Assembly (NCBI GenBank): GCA_963758635.1
Contig: CAVWWD010000003.1
Location: 416,001-480,000 of the forward strand
Reading direction: 5' to 3'
Length of the DNA: 64,000 nucleotides
Source of the DNA: an uncultured Candidatus Rokubacteria bacterium
GTDB taxonomy: Bacteria; Methylomirabilota; Methylomirabilia; Rokubacteriales; CSP1-6
The position numbers and the translations under genes were made by a program. Below the pieces are notes generated by a model that worked only from the letters and a program-made list of their open reading frames with translations, was not told the DNA's origin and did not search any database. Below are positions 40,019 to 50,681 of this stretch, piece after piece (position 1 is the stretch's first letter; each line of letters starts with the position of its first letter).

Positions 40019-41968
40019 TCAGCCCGGCGGCCGCGCCGTCGACGCGCGGTAGATCGACACGCGGGGAAGGCTCCACGAGGGCCCGACCTCGGCGACCTTG
40101 ATGGCGTGGGCGAGGAGCCAGTCGGCGAGCGCCGGGCCGTCGTCCCAGCGCTCGAGCACCACGATCCACGTGCGTGCTCGCGGCGCCCGCCCGCGGGGCA
40201 TCGCGAGCGTGGTGGGGTCCATCTCGTCCACCGCGCCCTCGTTCCAGTAGTGCCGCAGGGGATACGCGGCGCCGAGCCGCGCCACCACGCGCTCGCCCGG
40301 CGTGACGAGGCCGTCGAGCAGCCCGGCCACCGTGCGCCAGTCCGGGCCTTCCCGCAGCCGGTAGTAGGCGCCGAGGTCGGCCGCGCTCGAGCCGGCGACC
40401 ACCAGGAGGACCGCGCCGGCCGCGGCCGCCGCGCCCCAGCGCGCCCACGGCCGGAACGTTCTCGCCCACGCCGCCTCGGCTGCGCCGCGCACGGCCCGGC
40501 CCACGGCGACGACGCCGTGCGCCACGAGCAGGAACAGGACGGGCTGCAGGAAGGCGAGGTGGCGACCAGCCAGGAAGTGATACGGCTGGGCCGCCCAGAT
40601 GATCGCGAGCGGCGCGGTTAGCCAGAGCCCGGCCACCGCGCCGGCGCGCGGCCGCCGCCAGAGCGCGAACAGCATGCCCGCCGCGGCGAGCCCCAGAGCC
40701 ACGTCACCCGTGGGCCCGGGCCCGACCAGATGAGGAGCGACCACGCCCCAGAGGAGATCGGCGAGCGCGCCGGGCGCGACCACGCCCGTGCCGACGTGCT
40801 GCGCGGCCTGGCGCAGCAACAGCGGCCGCCACGGCAGCAGCAGGAGCGCCCAGAGCCCGAAGGCGAGCACGGCCCGGAGACCGCCCCGCCCGCGCGCCGC
40901 GGCGATCCACGCCAGTGCGATCGCGGCGTACACCGCCACCGTGACGAATCCCAGGTAGTGGGTGTAGCAGCTCACCGCGGTGAGGGCGGCCCAGGCGAGC
41001 CACGCGGTGGCCCGCCCCCGCTCGAGGGCCTCCACCAGGGCCAGGAGCCCGAGCACGGTGAGCAGGACGAAGATCGCGTACGGCCGCGCGAGCTGGGAGA
41101 TCTCGATGTGGAATGGCGACACGGCCAGGAGCGCGGCGGCGATGAGCCCGGTCGCCGGGCCGAGCAGGCGCCGGCCGAGGAGCCCGACGGCGGCCACCGT
41201 GGCCGCGCCGGCGAGAGCGAACGGCACGCGAAGCGCCTCGCCGTCGGCGTGGCCGGTGAGCCACCCGGCCAGGTACTGGACGGGAGGGTGGCCGAACACG
41301 TGCGGGGCGTAGAGCGCCCACGCGAGGCTCTGGGCGCCGATGGCGGTGAGGATCTCGTCGAACCAGAAGCCGTGGCTGATCAGCGTACGGAGGCGGAGGG
41401 CGATCCCCGCGGCGGCGATCGCGGCGAGCGCCAGCGTCCACGCGTCGGGGCGCCAGGCGCCACGCCGGCAACCGCGCGCGATTGCGGCGGCCGCGGCGAC
41501 GGCCATCAGCCCGAGGGCCACGACGAGACCGCGGAGCGCCACCAGGTGAGACCAGCCGTAGCCTTCGGTGAGCCGCGCGTCGCCGAGGGCCCAGGTCATG
41601 GGCGGACCGTCGACCATGCGGATGGTGAGCCGGCCGCCCGGGTCGAGCGGAGGCAGCGTGGGCCAGATGAGCTGGTTCCAGCCCCTATGGACACGCCGTC
41701 GCCAGCTCATCTCCGCGCCCGCGTTCCATGGGGCGCCCGCCTCGAGCACGGCCCAGGCCGGCGCGCCGTCGGACGGATTCCAGTAGAGCCAGAGCGACAG
41801 CATGTGCTCCGGCGCCTGATCGGGATCGAGGGCCAGGACCGCGGTCTGCCCGGCGACGGAGTGCGCGGCGCCGGGACCACCGAGGATCCCCCAGGCCGAG
41901 AGCAGCACGACGACCACGGCCAGGGCCACGGCGAGCGTGGAGACGGCCCGCAGGTCGGCGGCCGGCAT
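40019..41968 (-). CDS. GT-C glycosyltransferase (family 39/PMT-like)
   Basis: FWFDE, HPP, SQLARPYA, THY; many TM helices. Confidence 0.75.
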   Translation of the reverse strand: MPAADLRAVSTLAVALAVVVVLLSAWGILGGPGAAHSVAGQTAVLALDPDQAPEHMLSLWLYWNPSDGAPAWAVLEAGAPWNAGAEMSWRRRVHRGWNQLIWPTLPPLDPGGRLTIRMVDGPPMTWALGDARLTEGYGWSHLVALRGLVVALGLMAVAAAAAIARGCRRGAWRPDAWTLALAAIAAAGIALRLRTLISHGFWFDEILTAIGAQSLAWALYAPHVFGHPPVQYLAGWLTGHADGEALRVPFALAGAATVAAVGLLGRRLLGPATGLIAAALLAVSPFHIEISQLARPYAIFVLLTVLGLLALVEALERGRATAWLAWAALTAVSCYTHYLGFVTVAVYAAIALAWIAAARGRGGLRAVLAFGLWALLLLPWRPLLLRQAAQHVGTGVVAPGALADLLWGVVAPHLVGPGPTGDVALGLAAAGMLFALWRRPRAGAVAGLWLTAPLAIIWAAQPYHFLAGRHLAFLQPVLFLLVAHGVVAVGRAVRGAAEAAWARTFRPWARWGAAAAAGAVLLVVAGSSAADLGAYYRLREGPDWRTVAGLLDGLVTPGERVVARLGAAYPLRHYWNEGAVDEMDPTTLAMPRGRAPRARTWIVVLERWDDGPALADWLLAHAIKVAEVGPSWSLPRVSIYRASTARPPG

Positions 41969-42033
41969 CTCGTCGGCGCGGGTGTGGCGCGGCGGGTGGC
42001 CGGCGCCCGCAGAGGAGGACACGGAGCGCGCGG

Positions 42034-43522
42034 TCAGCGGCGGGCCTCGAAGTCGATGAAGCCGCGCTCGACGTCGGCGCGGACCGAGGCGCGACCCGCA
42101 CGTGGTCGCCCACGTCGAGGCCGGCGGCGCCCCGCTCGACCCTGCCCTCGGCCGGCGGGCGCGCTGATGCGCACCCAGGTGCCCTTGTCGGCGGCGCCGG
42201 TGACGATGCCCGTCGAACGCCTCGCCGATGCGGTCGTCGAGGAGCAGGGCGGCGGCCGCCGACTTGCGCACCTGCCGCTCGACCTTGGTCGCGGCGTCTT
42301 CCTTCTCCGTGCAGTGGCGGGCGAGCGCCGTCCAGCTCCTCGCGCGCCGTAGGGCGGGCGGCCGCCGCGCGAGCGCCGCCTTGAGCAGGCGCTGGGTGAT
42401 CAGGTCCGGGAAGCGGCGGTTGGGCGCGGTGGCGTGCGTGTAGTCGCGCACGGCGAGGCCGAAGTGGCCGTCGCCGCTCGCCGGGCGCTCGACCGCGTAC
42501 TCGCCCTTGCCGAGCAGCTTGACGACCTCAAGGAGAGGTCGGGGAAGCGCTCGGGGTCGGCCTCGCGGCGCCGCAGCAGGAACCCTGGAGGGCGCGCCGG
42601 CGTCGGGCGCCGCGGGCAGCCTCTCGCCCGTACTCGGCGGCCAGGGCCACGATGCGGTCCCAGCGCTCGGGCGTGCGCAGCACGCGGCGGAGCGAGGCGA
42701 CGCCGCTGTCGGTCGAGGAAGCGCGGCGGTCACGCGGCGTTGGCCGCGATCATGAAGTCCTCGATGAGCTGCCTTGGCGCGGTTCTTCTCGTCGGGCTGG
42801 AGGTCGGCCAGCACGTCGCCGTCGAAGACGGCGCGCGCCTCGCATGGCTGGCCAGCGCGAGCGCGCCCGTGTCGTGGCGGCGCGGCCTTCAGCGTCTGGG
42901 CGACGCGCGTCTTGCAGGCGCAGCGCGGCCGTCGAGCCCCGGCACGGCCGCCAGCGGCGGGCGGAAGGCGGGCCGGCGCCGTCGAGCCAGGCGGCCACCG
43001 CGTTGTAGGCGAGCTTGGCGCGGTTCAGCGACGCGGGCGCGGTAGACGTCGCCGCCTGCCACCGCGCCCGTCCGCGGCGACGCGCATGTCGACCACCACG
43101 GCGAGCCGCTCCTGGTCCTGGTTCAGCGAGGTCAGGTCGGTGGACAGGCGCTCGGGCAGCATGGGGAAGACGCGGCCGGCCGTGTAGACCGAGGTCGTGT
43201 TGCTGCGGGCGTGGGCGTCGAGCGCGGAGCCCTTCGGCACCGCGGCGTCCACGTCGGCGATGGCCACAGGATGCGCGCGGCCGCGGCCGCCAGCTCCACC
43301 GCGGCTGAGCTGGTCGAGGTCGCGCGAGTCGTCGTTGTCGATCGAGCACCAGAGCAGCGAGCGGAGATCCTTCACGGCCGAGGCGCCGGCATCCGACTGG
43401 CCGGTCAGGGCGCGCGCCTCGGCCTGCGCGGCGGCCGAGAACTCGGGCTCGAGGCCCCGCGCGAGCATCGCGCGGCGCGCGATGTCACGGAGTCGCTGGC
43501 GGGCGGAGGCGTGGAGACGCAT
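42034..43522 (-). CDS. RNB-domain exoribonuclease II family; densely frameshifted
   Basis: SIDNDDSRDLDQ, AIADV, FPMLPERLSTDLTSL, HFGLAVRDYTHATAPNRRFPD. Confidence 0.85.
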
Positions 43523-43837
43523 GAGCGCGAACGGACGTTCCGATGATACACCCCGCCGCGCGCCCGGCGGCCGCGGGGGCTCGACCGGAGCTCGAGGGCG
43601 CGTCTCCTCACGTGTGCCGCAGTTCGCGGCGGCTGTCGATTCCGGGCGGCGCCGTTCGACCTATGGATAGAATCTGGCCGAGGCGGAGCGAGGTTGGCGG
43701 CGCGCTGGCGACGCGCGAGGCCGCGGGTCGGATCCGGTTTCGGGGTGCGGAAGAAGGGCGAGACGCGCGAGGCCGCGGACGCGCGGGGTTTGGCCGCGGA
43801 GTCGGACCCAGACTGCGTTGCCTGGAAAAGGGGACAC

Positions 43838-44955
43838 ATGAGTCGAGTACGGGTGCTGGTGGGGACGCGCAAGGGCGCGTTCATCCTGACGTTGGACGGC
43901 AAGCGCAGCCACTGGGACGTGAGCGGCCCGCACTTCGGCGGGTGGGAGATCTACCATCTCAAGGGGTCGCCCGCCGATCCGGATCGGCTGTACGCATCGC
44001 AGTCGAGCGGCTGGTTCGGCCAGGTCATCCAGCGCTCCGGAGACGGCGGCAAGACCTGGGAGGCGGTGGGCAACAAGTTCGCGTACGAGGGCGTGACCGG
44101 CACGCATCTCTGGTACGACGGCACGCCGCACCCGTGGGAGTTCGCCCGCGTCTGGCATCTCGAGCCCTCCCTGACGGATCCCGACACCGTCTACGCCGGC
44201 GTCGAGGATGCCGCGCTCTTCCGATCCACGGACGCGGGACAGACGTGGCAGGAGCTGCCGGGGCTCCGCACGCACGCCTCGGCCTCCTTGTGGCAACCGG
44301 GGGCGGGCGGGATGTGCCTGCACACGATCCTGCTCGATCCGCGGGGGTCCCGGGCGCATGTTCGTCGCCATCTCGGCGGCGGGCGCCTTCCGCAGCGAGG
44401 ACGGCGGCACGACCTGGCGGCCCGTGAACCGCGGCCTCACGTCCGAGGGCATTCCCGACCCCAAGGCCGAGGTCGGCCACTGCGTCCACCGCATCGCCAT
44501 GCACCGCTCGCGCCCCGACGTGCTGTTCATGCAGAAGCACTGGGACGTGATGCGGAGCGACGACGCGGCGGAGTCGTGGAAGGAGGTCAGCGGCGGCCTG
44601 CCCAGCGACTTCGGCTTCCCGATCGACGTGCACGCGCACGAGCCCGAGACGATCTACGTCGTGCCCATCAAGAGCGACTCCGAGCACTACCCGCCGGACG
44701 GCAAGCTGCGCGTGTACCGGAGCCGCACGGGCGGGCAACGAGTGGGAGCCGCTCACCCGCGGGCTGCCGCAGAGCCACTGCTACGTGAACGTGCTCCGCG
44801 ACGCCATGGCCGTGGACACGCTCGATCCGTGCGGCGTGTACTTCGGCACGACCGGCGGCCAGGTCTACGCCTCCGCGGACTCGGGCGATAGCTGGGCGCC
44901 GATCGTGCGCGACCTGCCCGCGGTCGTATCGGTGGAGGCGCAGACGCTGCCATGA
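43838..44955 (+). CDS. BNR/Asp-box beta-propeller (exo-alpha-sialidase-like); frameshifts near 44350 and 44735
   Basis: LVGTRKG; repeated SxDGGxTW boxes; LPSDFGFP. Confidence 0.85.
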
Positions 44956-45248
44956 TCCGCGTGGTGCTGCCCGCGCATCTCCGCACGCTCGCGCGCGTGG
45001 ACTCCGAGGTGAAGCTGGAGGTCGAAGGGCCGGTGACCCAGCGAACCGTGCTGGACGCCCTGGAGGCGCGCTACCCGATGCTGCGCGGGACCATCCGGGA
45101 CCAGGTCACGGGCAAGCGCCGCGCGTTCCTGCGCTTCTTCGCCTGCGAGGAGGACCTGTCCCACGAGTCGCCGGACGCGCCGCTGCCCGAGGCCGTCGCC
45201 GAGGGCGCCGAGGCCTTCCTGGTGGTCGGCGCCATGGCGGGCGGCTGA
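44952..45248 (+). CDS. MoaD/ThiS-family ubiquitin-like protein
   Basis: 98 aa ending AMAGG; ATGA overlap with upstream gene. Confidence 0.88.
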   Translation: MIRVVLPAHLRTLARVDSEVKLEVEGPVTQRTVLDALEARYPMLRGTIRDQVTGKRRAFLRFFACEEDLSHESPDAPLPEAVAEGAEAFLVVGAMAGG

Positions 45249-45287
45249 TCGCATGCACCGCGAGGACGCGCCGCCCGGAGGCCCACG

Positions 45288-45665
45288 ATGAACGTCGCGC
45301 TCTGGATCGTGCAGGGTCTGCTCGCCGCGCTGTTCCTGTTCGCGGGAGTGATGAAGCTCGTCGTCTCGCTCGACGCCATGCAGGGGCCCGTGCCGCTGCC
45401 CGGCGCGTTCCTCCGGTTCATCGGCGTGGCGGAGACGCTCGGGGGCCTCGGTCTCCTGCTGCCCGGGCTGCTCGGGATCGCCCCCTGGCTCACGCCGCTG
45501 GCCGCCCTCGGGCTCGTCGTCATCATGGCCGGCGCGACGGCCGTCACCCTCGCCGGGGGCGACCTCCTGACATCGCTGATCCCCCTGCTCGTTGGTGTGG
45601 CCGCCGCCTTCGTCGCCTACGGCCGCCGGCGCCTCGCTCCGCACCGCGTCCGCGCCTCCCGCTGA
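45288..45665 (+). CDS. DoxX family membrane protein
   Basis: LWIVQGLLAALFLFAGVMK, FIGVAE.LG, LTPLAA. Confidence 0.85.
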   Translation: MNVALWIVQGLLAALFLFAGVMKLVVSLDAMQGPVPLPGAFLRFIGVAETLGGLGLLLPGLLGIAPWLTPLAALGLVVIMAGATAVTLAGGDLLTSLIPLLVGVAAAFVAYGRRRLAPHRVRASR

Positions 45666-45688
45666 AGCGCGGACGCAGCAGCCTGCTC

Positions 45689-45773
45689 ATGACCCTCGCA
45701 GAATTCGGTCGCCGACACGGGCCTCTACAGTCCTACCGCTCGGCATTGGTCTGATGCGCTGAGGCTTACTAGC
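45689..45773 (+). repeat. Copy B of ~85-bp dispersed element containing a 21-codon ORF (45689-45754)
   Basis: Matches revcomp of 19520-19603. Confidence 0.85.
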
Positions 45774-47226
45774 TGGGCCGCACCACCACGTAGAGGGCCG
45801 AGCCCTCGCGCTCCACGCGCAGCAGCACCTGCTGCGGATTGCGCGCGACGTTCTTCTTCACGTCGGCCGGGCTCGCGACCGGCACCCGGTTCACCTCCCG
45901 GATGACGTCGCCCTGGCTCACCCCGGCCTCGGCCGCCGGCGAGCCGGGCTGCACCTCGGTCACCACCACGCCCTTCGGATCGGTCACGCCGAGGCGCCTG
46001 GCGCTCTCCGGCGTCAGCGGCTCGATGCTCATCCCGAGCTCACCGGTCCGGGCTGCCGCCGGAGCCGAGGCGGCGGCCCGGCGCTCGTCCTTGAGCGGCG
46101 CCACGGTCACACGCAGGGGCTGCGCGCGTCCGTCGCGGACCACGCTCAGCTCCACGTTCTTGCCGGTCGCGGTGCCCGCCACGATCGTGGACAGCGCCCG
46201 CGGGCTGTCGACCGCCTTGCCGTCGAAGCGCACGATCACGTCACCGGGACGGACCCCGGCGCGAGCGGCCGGCGAGTCCTCGGCGACCGACGCCACCAGC
46301 GCTCCGTCCCGACCGCTCAGACCGAAGGACGTTGCCAGCTCCGGCGTGATGGGCTGGATCGAGACGCCCAGCCAGCCGCGGCTCACGCGACCTTCCGCGC
46401 GGAGCTGCTGCACGATGGGCTGGGCCAGGTCCATGGGAATCGCGAAGCCGATGCCCTGGAAGCCGCCACCGCGACTGGCGATGGCCGTCGCGATCCCGAT
46501 GACCTGGCCGCGCGTGTTGATGAGCGGACCGCCGGAGTTGCCGGGGTTGATCGCGGCGTCCGTCTGCAGGAAGTCGTCGTAGCGCCCCGCGCCGATGACG
46601 CGGCCGGTGGCGCTGATGATGCCCACCGTCACCGTGTGGTCGAGCCCGAACGGGCTGCCGATCGCCATGATCGGCTCGCCGACCTTGAGCTCCGCGGAGC
46701 GGCCGAGAGGAAGCGCCGGGAGCCCGGTCGCCTCGACCTTGAGCAGCGCCAGGTCGGTCTCGGGATCGGTGCCCACGACCTTGCCGGTGAGGGTCCGGCC
46801 GCTGTCGAGCGTGACCTCGATGGTCTGCGCGCCGTCCACGACGTGATGGTTCGTCACGATGTACCCGGAGGGATCGACGATGAACCCGGAGCCGAGCCCG
46901 CGACGCTGGCCGCGCGGCGTGTCGGGCGGGACGTCGCGGCTGCCCGGAGGCAGGAACCGCCGGAAGGCCTCGGGGAGGCCGCCCTCGCCGCGGGTGCTCT
47001 CGGTCTTCACCCGGACGTTGACGACGGCTGGCCGGGCCGACTCGGCGAGACGGATCCAGGGGTAGCCCTCGGGGAGAGCCACCGCGTTCACGGGGGCCGC
47101 GGCGACGCCGGCGGACGCGTGGGGCGCCGCCGGATACGCGCCGGGAAGGGTCGCGAACAGGGAGATCAGCGTCAGGCTGGCGATCACGGGCACGAGACGC
47201 GCGGCTTTCATCGCGCTACGTCGCAT
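45769..47226 (-). CDS. degP: HtrA/DegP-family serine protease with two PDZ domains
   Basis: GSGF, TNHHV, DLAL, QTDAAINPGNSGGPL; GAGGAG RBS. Confidence 0.9.
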   Translation of the reverse strand: MRRSAMKAARLVPVIASLTLISLFATLPGAYPAAPHASAGVAAAPVNAVALPEGYPWIRLAESARPAVVNVRVKTESTRGEGGLPEAFRRFLPPGSRDVPPDTPRGQRRGLGSGFIVDPSGYIVTNHHVVDGAQTIEVTLDSGRTLTGKVVGTDPETDLALLKVEATGLPALPLGRSAELKVGEPIMAIGSPFGLDHTVTVGIISATGRVIGAGRYDDFLQTDAAINPGNSGGPLINTRGQVIGIATAIASRGGGFQGIGFAIPMDLAQPIVQQLRAEGRVSRGWLGVSIQPITPELATSFGLSGRDGALVASVAEDSPAARAGVRPGDVIVRFDGKAVDSPRALSTIVAGTATGKNVELSVVRDGRAQPLRVTVAPLKDERRAAASAPAAARTGELGMSIEPLTPESARRLGVTDPKGVVVTEVQPGSPAAEAGVSQGDVIREVNRVPVASPADVKKNVARNPQQVLLRVEREGSALYVVVRPS

Positions 47227-47309
47227 CGGGGTCTCCTCGCATATATGGTGGTCTGGAAGGACGCCGGGAGCGGACGAGCAGGGCGGCGCCCCGGGCGCCT
47301 CACGGCCTG

Positions 47310-47338
47310 TCTGACGCGGCGGTCGGCGCGGTTGTTCA
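47310..47338 (-). promoter_or_regulatory. Candidate ECF-sigma promoter for degP (GAAC-N17-CGTC)
   Basis: Minus strand TGAACAACCGCGCCGACCGCCGCGTCAGA. Confidence 0.4.
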
Positions 47339-47467
47339 CGGGCCGCGCCAGGCGTGGGACCCGGCAGGGACGCCCCGCCGCCATCCCGCCGCCGGCCGTC
47401 GGACGCCCGGCCGGAATCGGGTGCGGGCCGGGCCCGAAAGGCGCTATCCTGGCGCGGATTCCCGAAC

Positions 47468-48730
47468 ATGAGCCCCACCTCGTCGATCGATCGCCAGACG
47501 CGCATGGCCGCGGTCGTCTTCGCGGACCTCGTCGGTTTCTCGAAGAAGTCCGTCCCTGACCAGCTCGCCGCCAAGGAAGCCCTCACCGTCGTCCTGCAGC
47601 GCCTGGTCTCTCCGTATCCGCGGGAGAGTCGCGTCGTGCTCGACACCGGGGACGGGGCCGCGGTGGGTTTCCTCGTGAGCCCCGAGTACGCGCTGGGGCT
47701 GGCGCTCCGGCTCCGCCACGAGATCGACGGGGCGCCGCCGGAGGCCCTGCTGCACCCGCACGACCTTCGACTCGGGATCAACCTCGGACCGCTCAAGGTG
47801 GTCACCGACGTGAACGGCCACCCGAACCTCGTCGGGGAGGGGATCAACTCGGCGGAGCGCATCATGAGCTTCGCCGGGCCGGGCGACACCACCGCGTCGC
47901 GCAGCTTCCAGGAAGCCGTGTACTACCTGGACGCCAGCTTCCAGAGCCTGTTCGAGCCGGTCGGCATGCGCGCCGACAAGCACGGGCGCGAGCACGAGGT
48001 GTTCCGGCTGACCTCGTCGAAGCCGGCGATCGAGGCGGCGCTCGAGAGCCTGGGCACGGCGCACGGGACGACGGTCGCCACGCGCGGGGCGGCGGCGCGC
48101 ATGGCGTCCGCGGCAGCGGCCACCATCCAGCGCGGGCCCGCGCGCGTGTCCCGCCTCGTCACGCCGGTGCGGATCGGCATCGTCGCGGGCGCCCTCGTCG
48201 TCGTGGCCGCGGTGTCGTGGCAGGCCTGGTCGCTCCGCCAGCCGACGCGCGACGCGCCCTCGGCGGCGAGCGTCGAGCCCCGGCCGCCTGCGCCCTCGCG
48301 CGCGGAGCCGAGCCCGGCGGCGCCGGCCGCGAGCGTCGAGCCGCGCCCGGCGCCGCCCCCGCCGACGCCCGTGGCCACGACCACGCCGGCGGCCGAGCCG
48401 CCGAAGGCCGCGCCCGAGCCCGCGCCGGCGTCGCCTGCCGTCGCGCCACCGCCGCCTCCGGCCGCCGCCACGCCCACGGCGGAGCGGCGTCCCGCGCAGG
48501 ATCCCGCGTCCGGCAAGCGCGCGAAGGCCGCGCCGGCCACGCCTCGAAGCGCGATGGCGGGATCCACGGCGCCCGCGCCGCCCGCGGCGAGGGAGACGCC
48601 GCAAGACACGGCAGGTGGCGAGGCGCCGCACCGGACCTCGCAGAGATGCTCCCGACTCCTTCAGCGCGCCGCCGTCGGTGAGGCCCTTACCCCGGCGGAG
48701 CAGCGCGAGCTGAGTGGCTCATGTCGCTAG
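47468..48730 (+). CDS. Class III nucleotidyl cyclase domain + TM + Pro-rich linker + Cys-bracketed C-terminal peptide
   Basis: FADLVGFS, TGDG, LRLGINLGP, GEGINSAERI. Confidence 0.8.
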   Translation: MSPTSSIDRQTRMAAVVFADLVGFSKKSVPDQLAAKEALTVVLQRLVSPYPRESRVVLDTGDGAAVGFLVSPEYALGLALRLRHEIDGAPPEALLHPHDLRLGINLGPLKVVTDVNGHPNLVGEGINSAERIMSFAGPGDTTASRSFQEAVYYLDASFQSLFEPVGMRADKHGREHEVFRLTSSKPAIEAALESLGTAHGTTVATRGAAARMASAAAATIQRGPARVSRLVTPVRIGIVAGALVVVAAVSWQAWSLRQPTRDAPSAASVEPRPPAPSRAEPSPAAPAASVEPRPAPPPPTPVATTTPAAEPPKAAPEPAPASPAVAPPPPPAAATPTAERRPAQDPASGKRAKAAPATPRSAMAGSTAPAPPAARETPQDTAGGEAPHRTSQRCSRLLQRAAVGEALTPAEQRELSGSCR

Positions 48731-50002
48731 CCTGGTTCCGCTCCACCGCCACCGTCGGCGCATGGCTCGTGGCCGTCGTCCTTCTCGCCCCGGGATGCGC
48801 CACGCCCCCGCCGCCGCCTCCTCCACCCGCCCCGGCGCCGGAGCCGCCGCCTCCGCCCCCGCCGTTGCCGGAGCGGCCCGCGACCCCGAGGTCGGACCTC
48901 ACGTTCGAGCAGGGCATCGCGTTCGCCGTGGACGACCTGTTCATCCAGCTCCAGCGGCTGCCCGCGTTCGCGCCGCGCGCCCCCGGCAAGGAGGAGGCGA
49001 AGCGGAGCGTCATCGTGGTCGACACGATCATCGACGCGGCGACCGGGCAGCAGACCCAGGCGACCCAGCTCGCGGAGCGACAGCTCTACGCGCGCACCCG
49101 CGACAAGTTCCAGCAGTTCGAGGTCCTCGCCGCCACGTCGGACAACCTCAAGCGCGCCGAGTACGTCGTCACCGCGGCGATGACGCCGTCGAAGGAGCGA
49201 GCGCGGCGTCTACCGCCTGGCCATGGCCATGACGGAGCTCCGCGCCGGGCTCGTCGTCGCCCAGGCCGTGGCGCGCATCCGCGACGACGGCGTGGACGTC
49301 ACGCCGACGCCGTTCTATCGGGACAGCCCGGCGGTGGCCAAGGACCGCGTCATCGAGGGCCAGATCCGGACCTCCGAGACGGCGGCCCAGAAGCCGGCCG
49401 ACAGCGTGTACATCGAGCGCCTGCCGACCAACGCCCTCATGAACGAGGGCCTCACCGCGTTCAACAACGGCGCCTTCGCCGAGGCCCTGCCGTACTACGA
49501 GGAGGCGGCCAAGCGCGTCGACGGCCAGCAGCTCCGCGTCTACAACGGCCTCTACATGATCTACTGGAACCTCAACCGCGCCGGCGACGCCGAGACCGCG
49601 TTCGGGAAGATCGCGGCCATCGGGCTCGCCACCAACAACCTCGCCGTCAAGTTCCTGTTCCGGCCGGGGGGCACCGACTTCTGGGCCGACACCAAGATCA
49701 GCGGCGCATACCCGATCTGGCTCCGCCAGCTCGCCCGCCAGACCGCGTCGGCGCGGGCGTGCCTGCGCGTGATCGGTCACACGAGCCGCACCGGCTCCGA
49801 GCAGATCAACGAGCGGCTGTCGCTCCGCCGGGCCGAGGTCATCCGGCAGCGGCTGCTCGCCGAGGTCCGCGATCCGGCGCTGCGCATCGAGACCGCCGGC
49901 GTCGGCTCCCGCGAGAACCTCATCGGCAGCGGGACCGACGACCAGGGCGACGCGCTGGACCGGCGGGTGGAGTTCCGGGTCGTCCAGTGCGGGGCCGGGT
50001 GA
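48721..50002 (+). CDS. OmpA-domain lipoprotein with helical (TPR-like) segment; frameshift near 49200
   Basis: LAPGC lipobox; VIGHTS, NERLSLRRAE, DRRVEF. Confidence 0.8.
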
Positions 50003-50114
50003 CGCGCACGAGCGACATCCGCCCGCCCGAGGAAGTGGGGCGCTTCAAGGCGCGCCGCTCGACGTCGCCGCGCTCCTTGCGCTCCTTGACGAGATCCTGA
50101 CCGCGCGCGCCTGA
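49999..50114 (+). pseudogene. Possible internally deleted remnant (Ser/Thr kinase-like start joined to receiver-like end)
   Basis: GTGA-coupled MTRTSDIRPPEEVGRFK; other frame PLDVAALLALLDEILTARA*. Confidence 0.35.
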
Positions 50115-50125
50115 GGGCGGCGGCG

Positions 50126-50658
50126 TCACCCGGCGATCACGCCGCAGGCGATCCGCGCTCCGCTCCCGCCCGAGGGGTCGGTCTTCTGGTCGTCGGCTCC
50201 GCGTGGATGACGATCGCCGTCCCGCCGGGACGGAGCAGCGAGCTCGGGCCGCCGTCGAGGGTCAGGGTGCTGCTGGTGCGCTCCACGCGGCCTTCCCCGT
50301 TCCCGCCCACCACGAGGTCCGGGAGGTCACCGGCGTGCGCGCCCTCGGGGTTCTGCTGACCGTGCTTCTTGCCCGTCGGGTTCAGGTGCGCGCCGGCCGA
50401 CTCGAACGCCGGCGGCTGGCAGCTCCCGACCGCGTGGATGTGGAGACCGTGCGTCCCGGGCGGGAGCTGCCGCCCCGTCACCACGACGCGCACCCCGTCG
50501 CGCGTCTCCGTGAAGGTGGCGCGCCCCACGGGCTGCTGCGCGCTGTCGACGATGCGCGCCTCCGCGGTACGGCGCGGGCCCGCGCCATCGCCTGTTCCCC
50601 CCGCGCATCCGCCGATCAGGACCGCCGCGCCCACGATCACGAGCTTGTTCATGGCCAT
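50126..50658 (-). CDS. sodC: Cu/Zn superoxide dismutase lipoprotein; frameshift near 50200
   Basis: HGLHIH, SAGAHLNP, HAGDLP, IVIHA, second frame GARIACGVI; IGGC lipobox. Confidence 0.9.
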
Positions 50659-50681
50659 CACCTCTCTGACAGCCAGGAAAG

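Noticed and set aside
40019..42814. Apparent RNase II-glycosyltransferase fusion (931 aa)
   Set aside because: Chance read-through from the indel-rich RNB region; the RNB gene has its own stop near 42034
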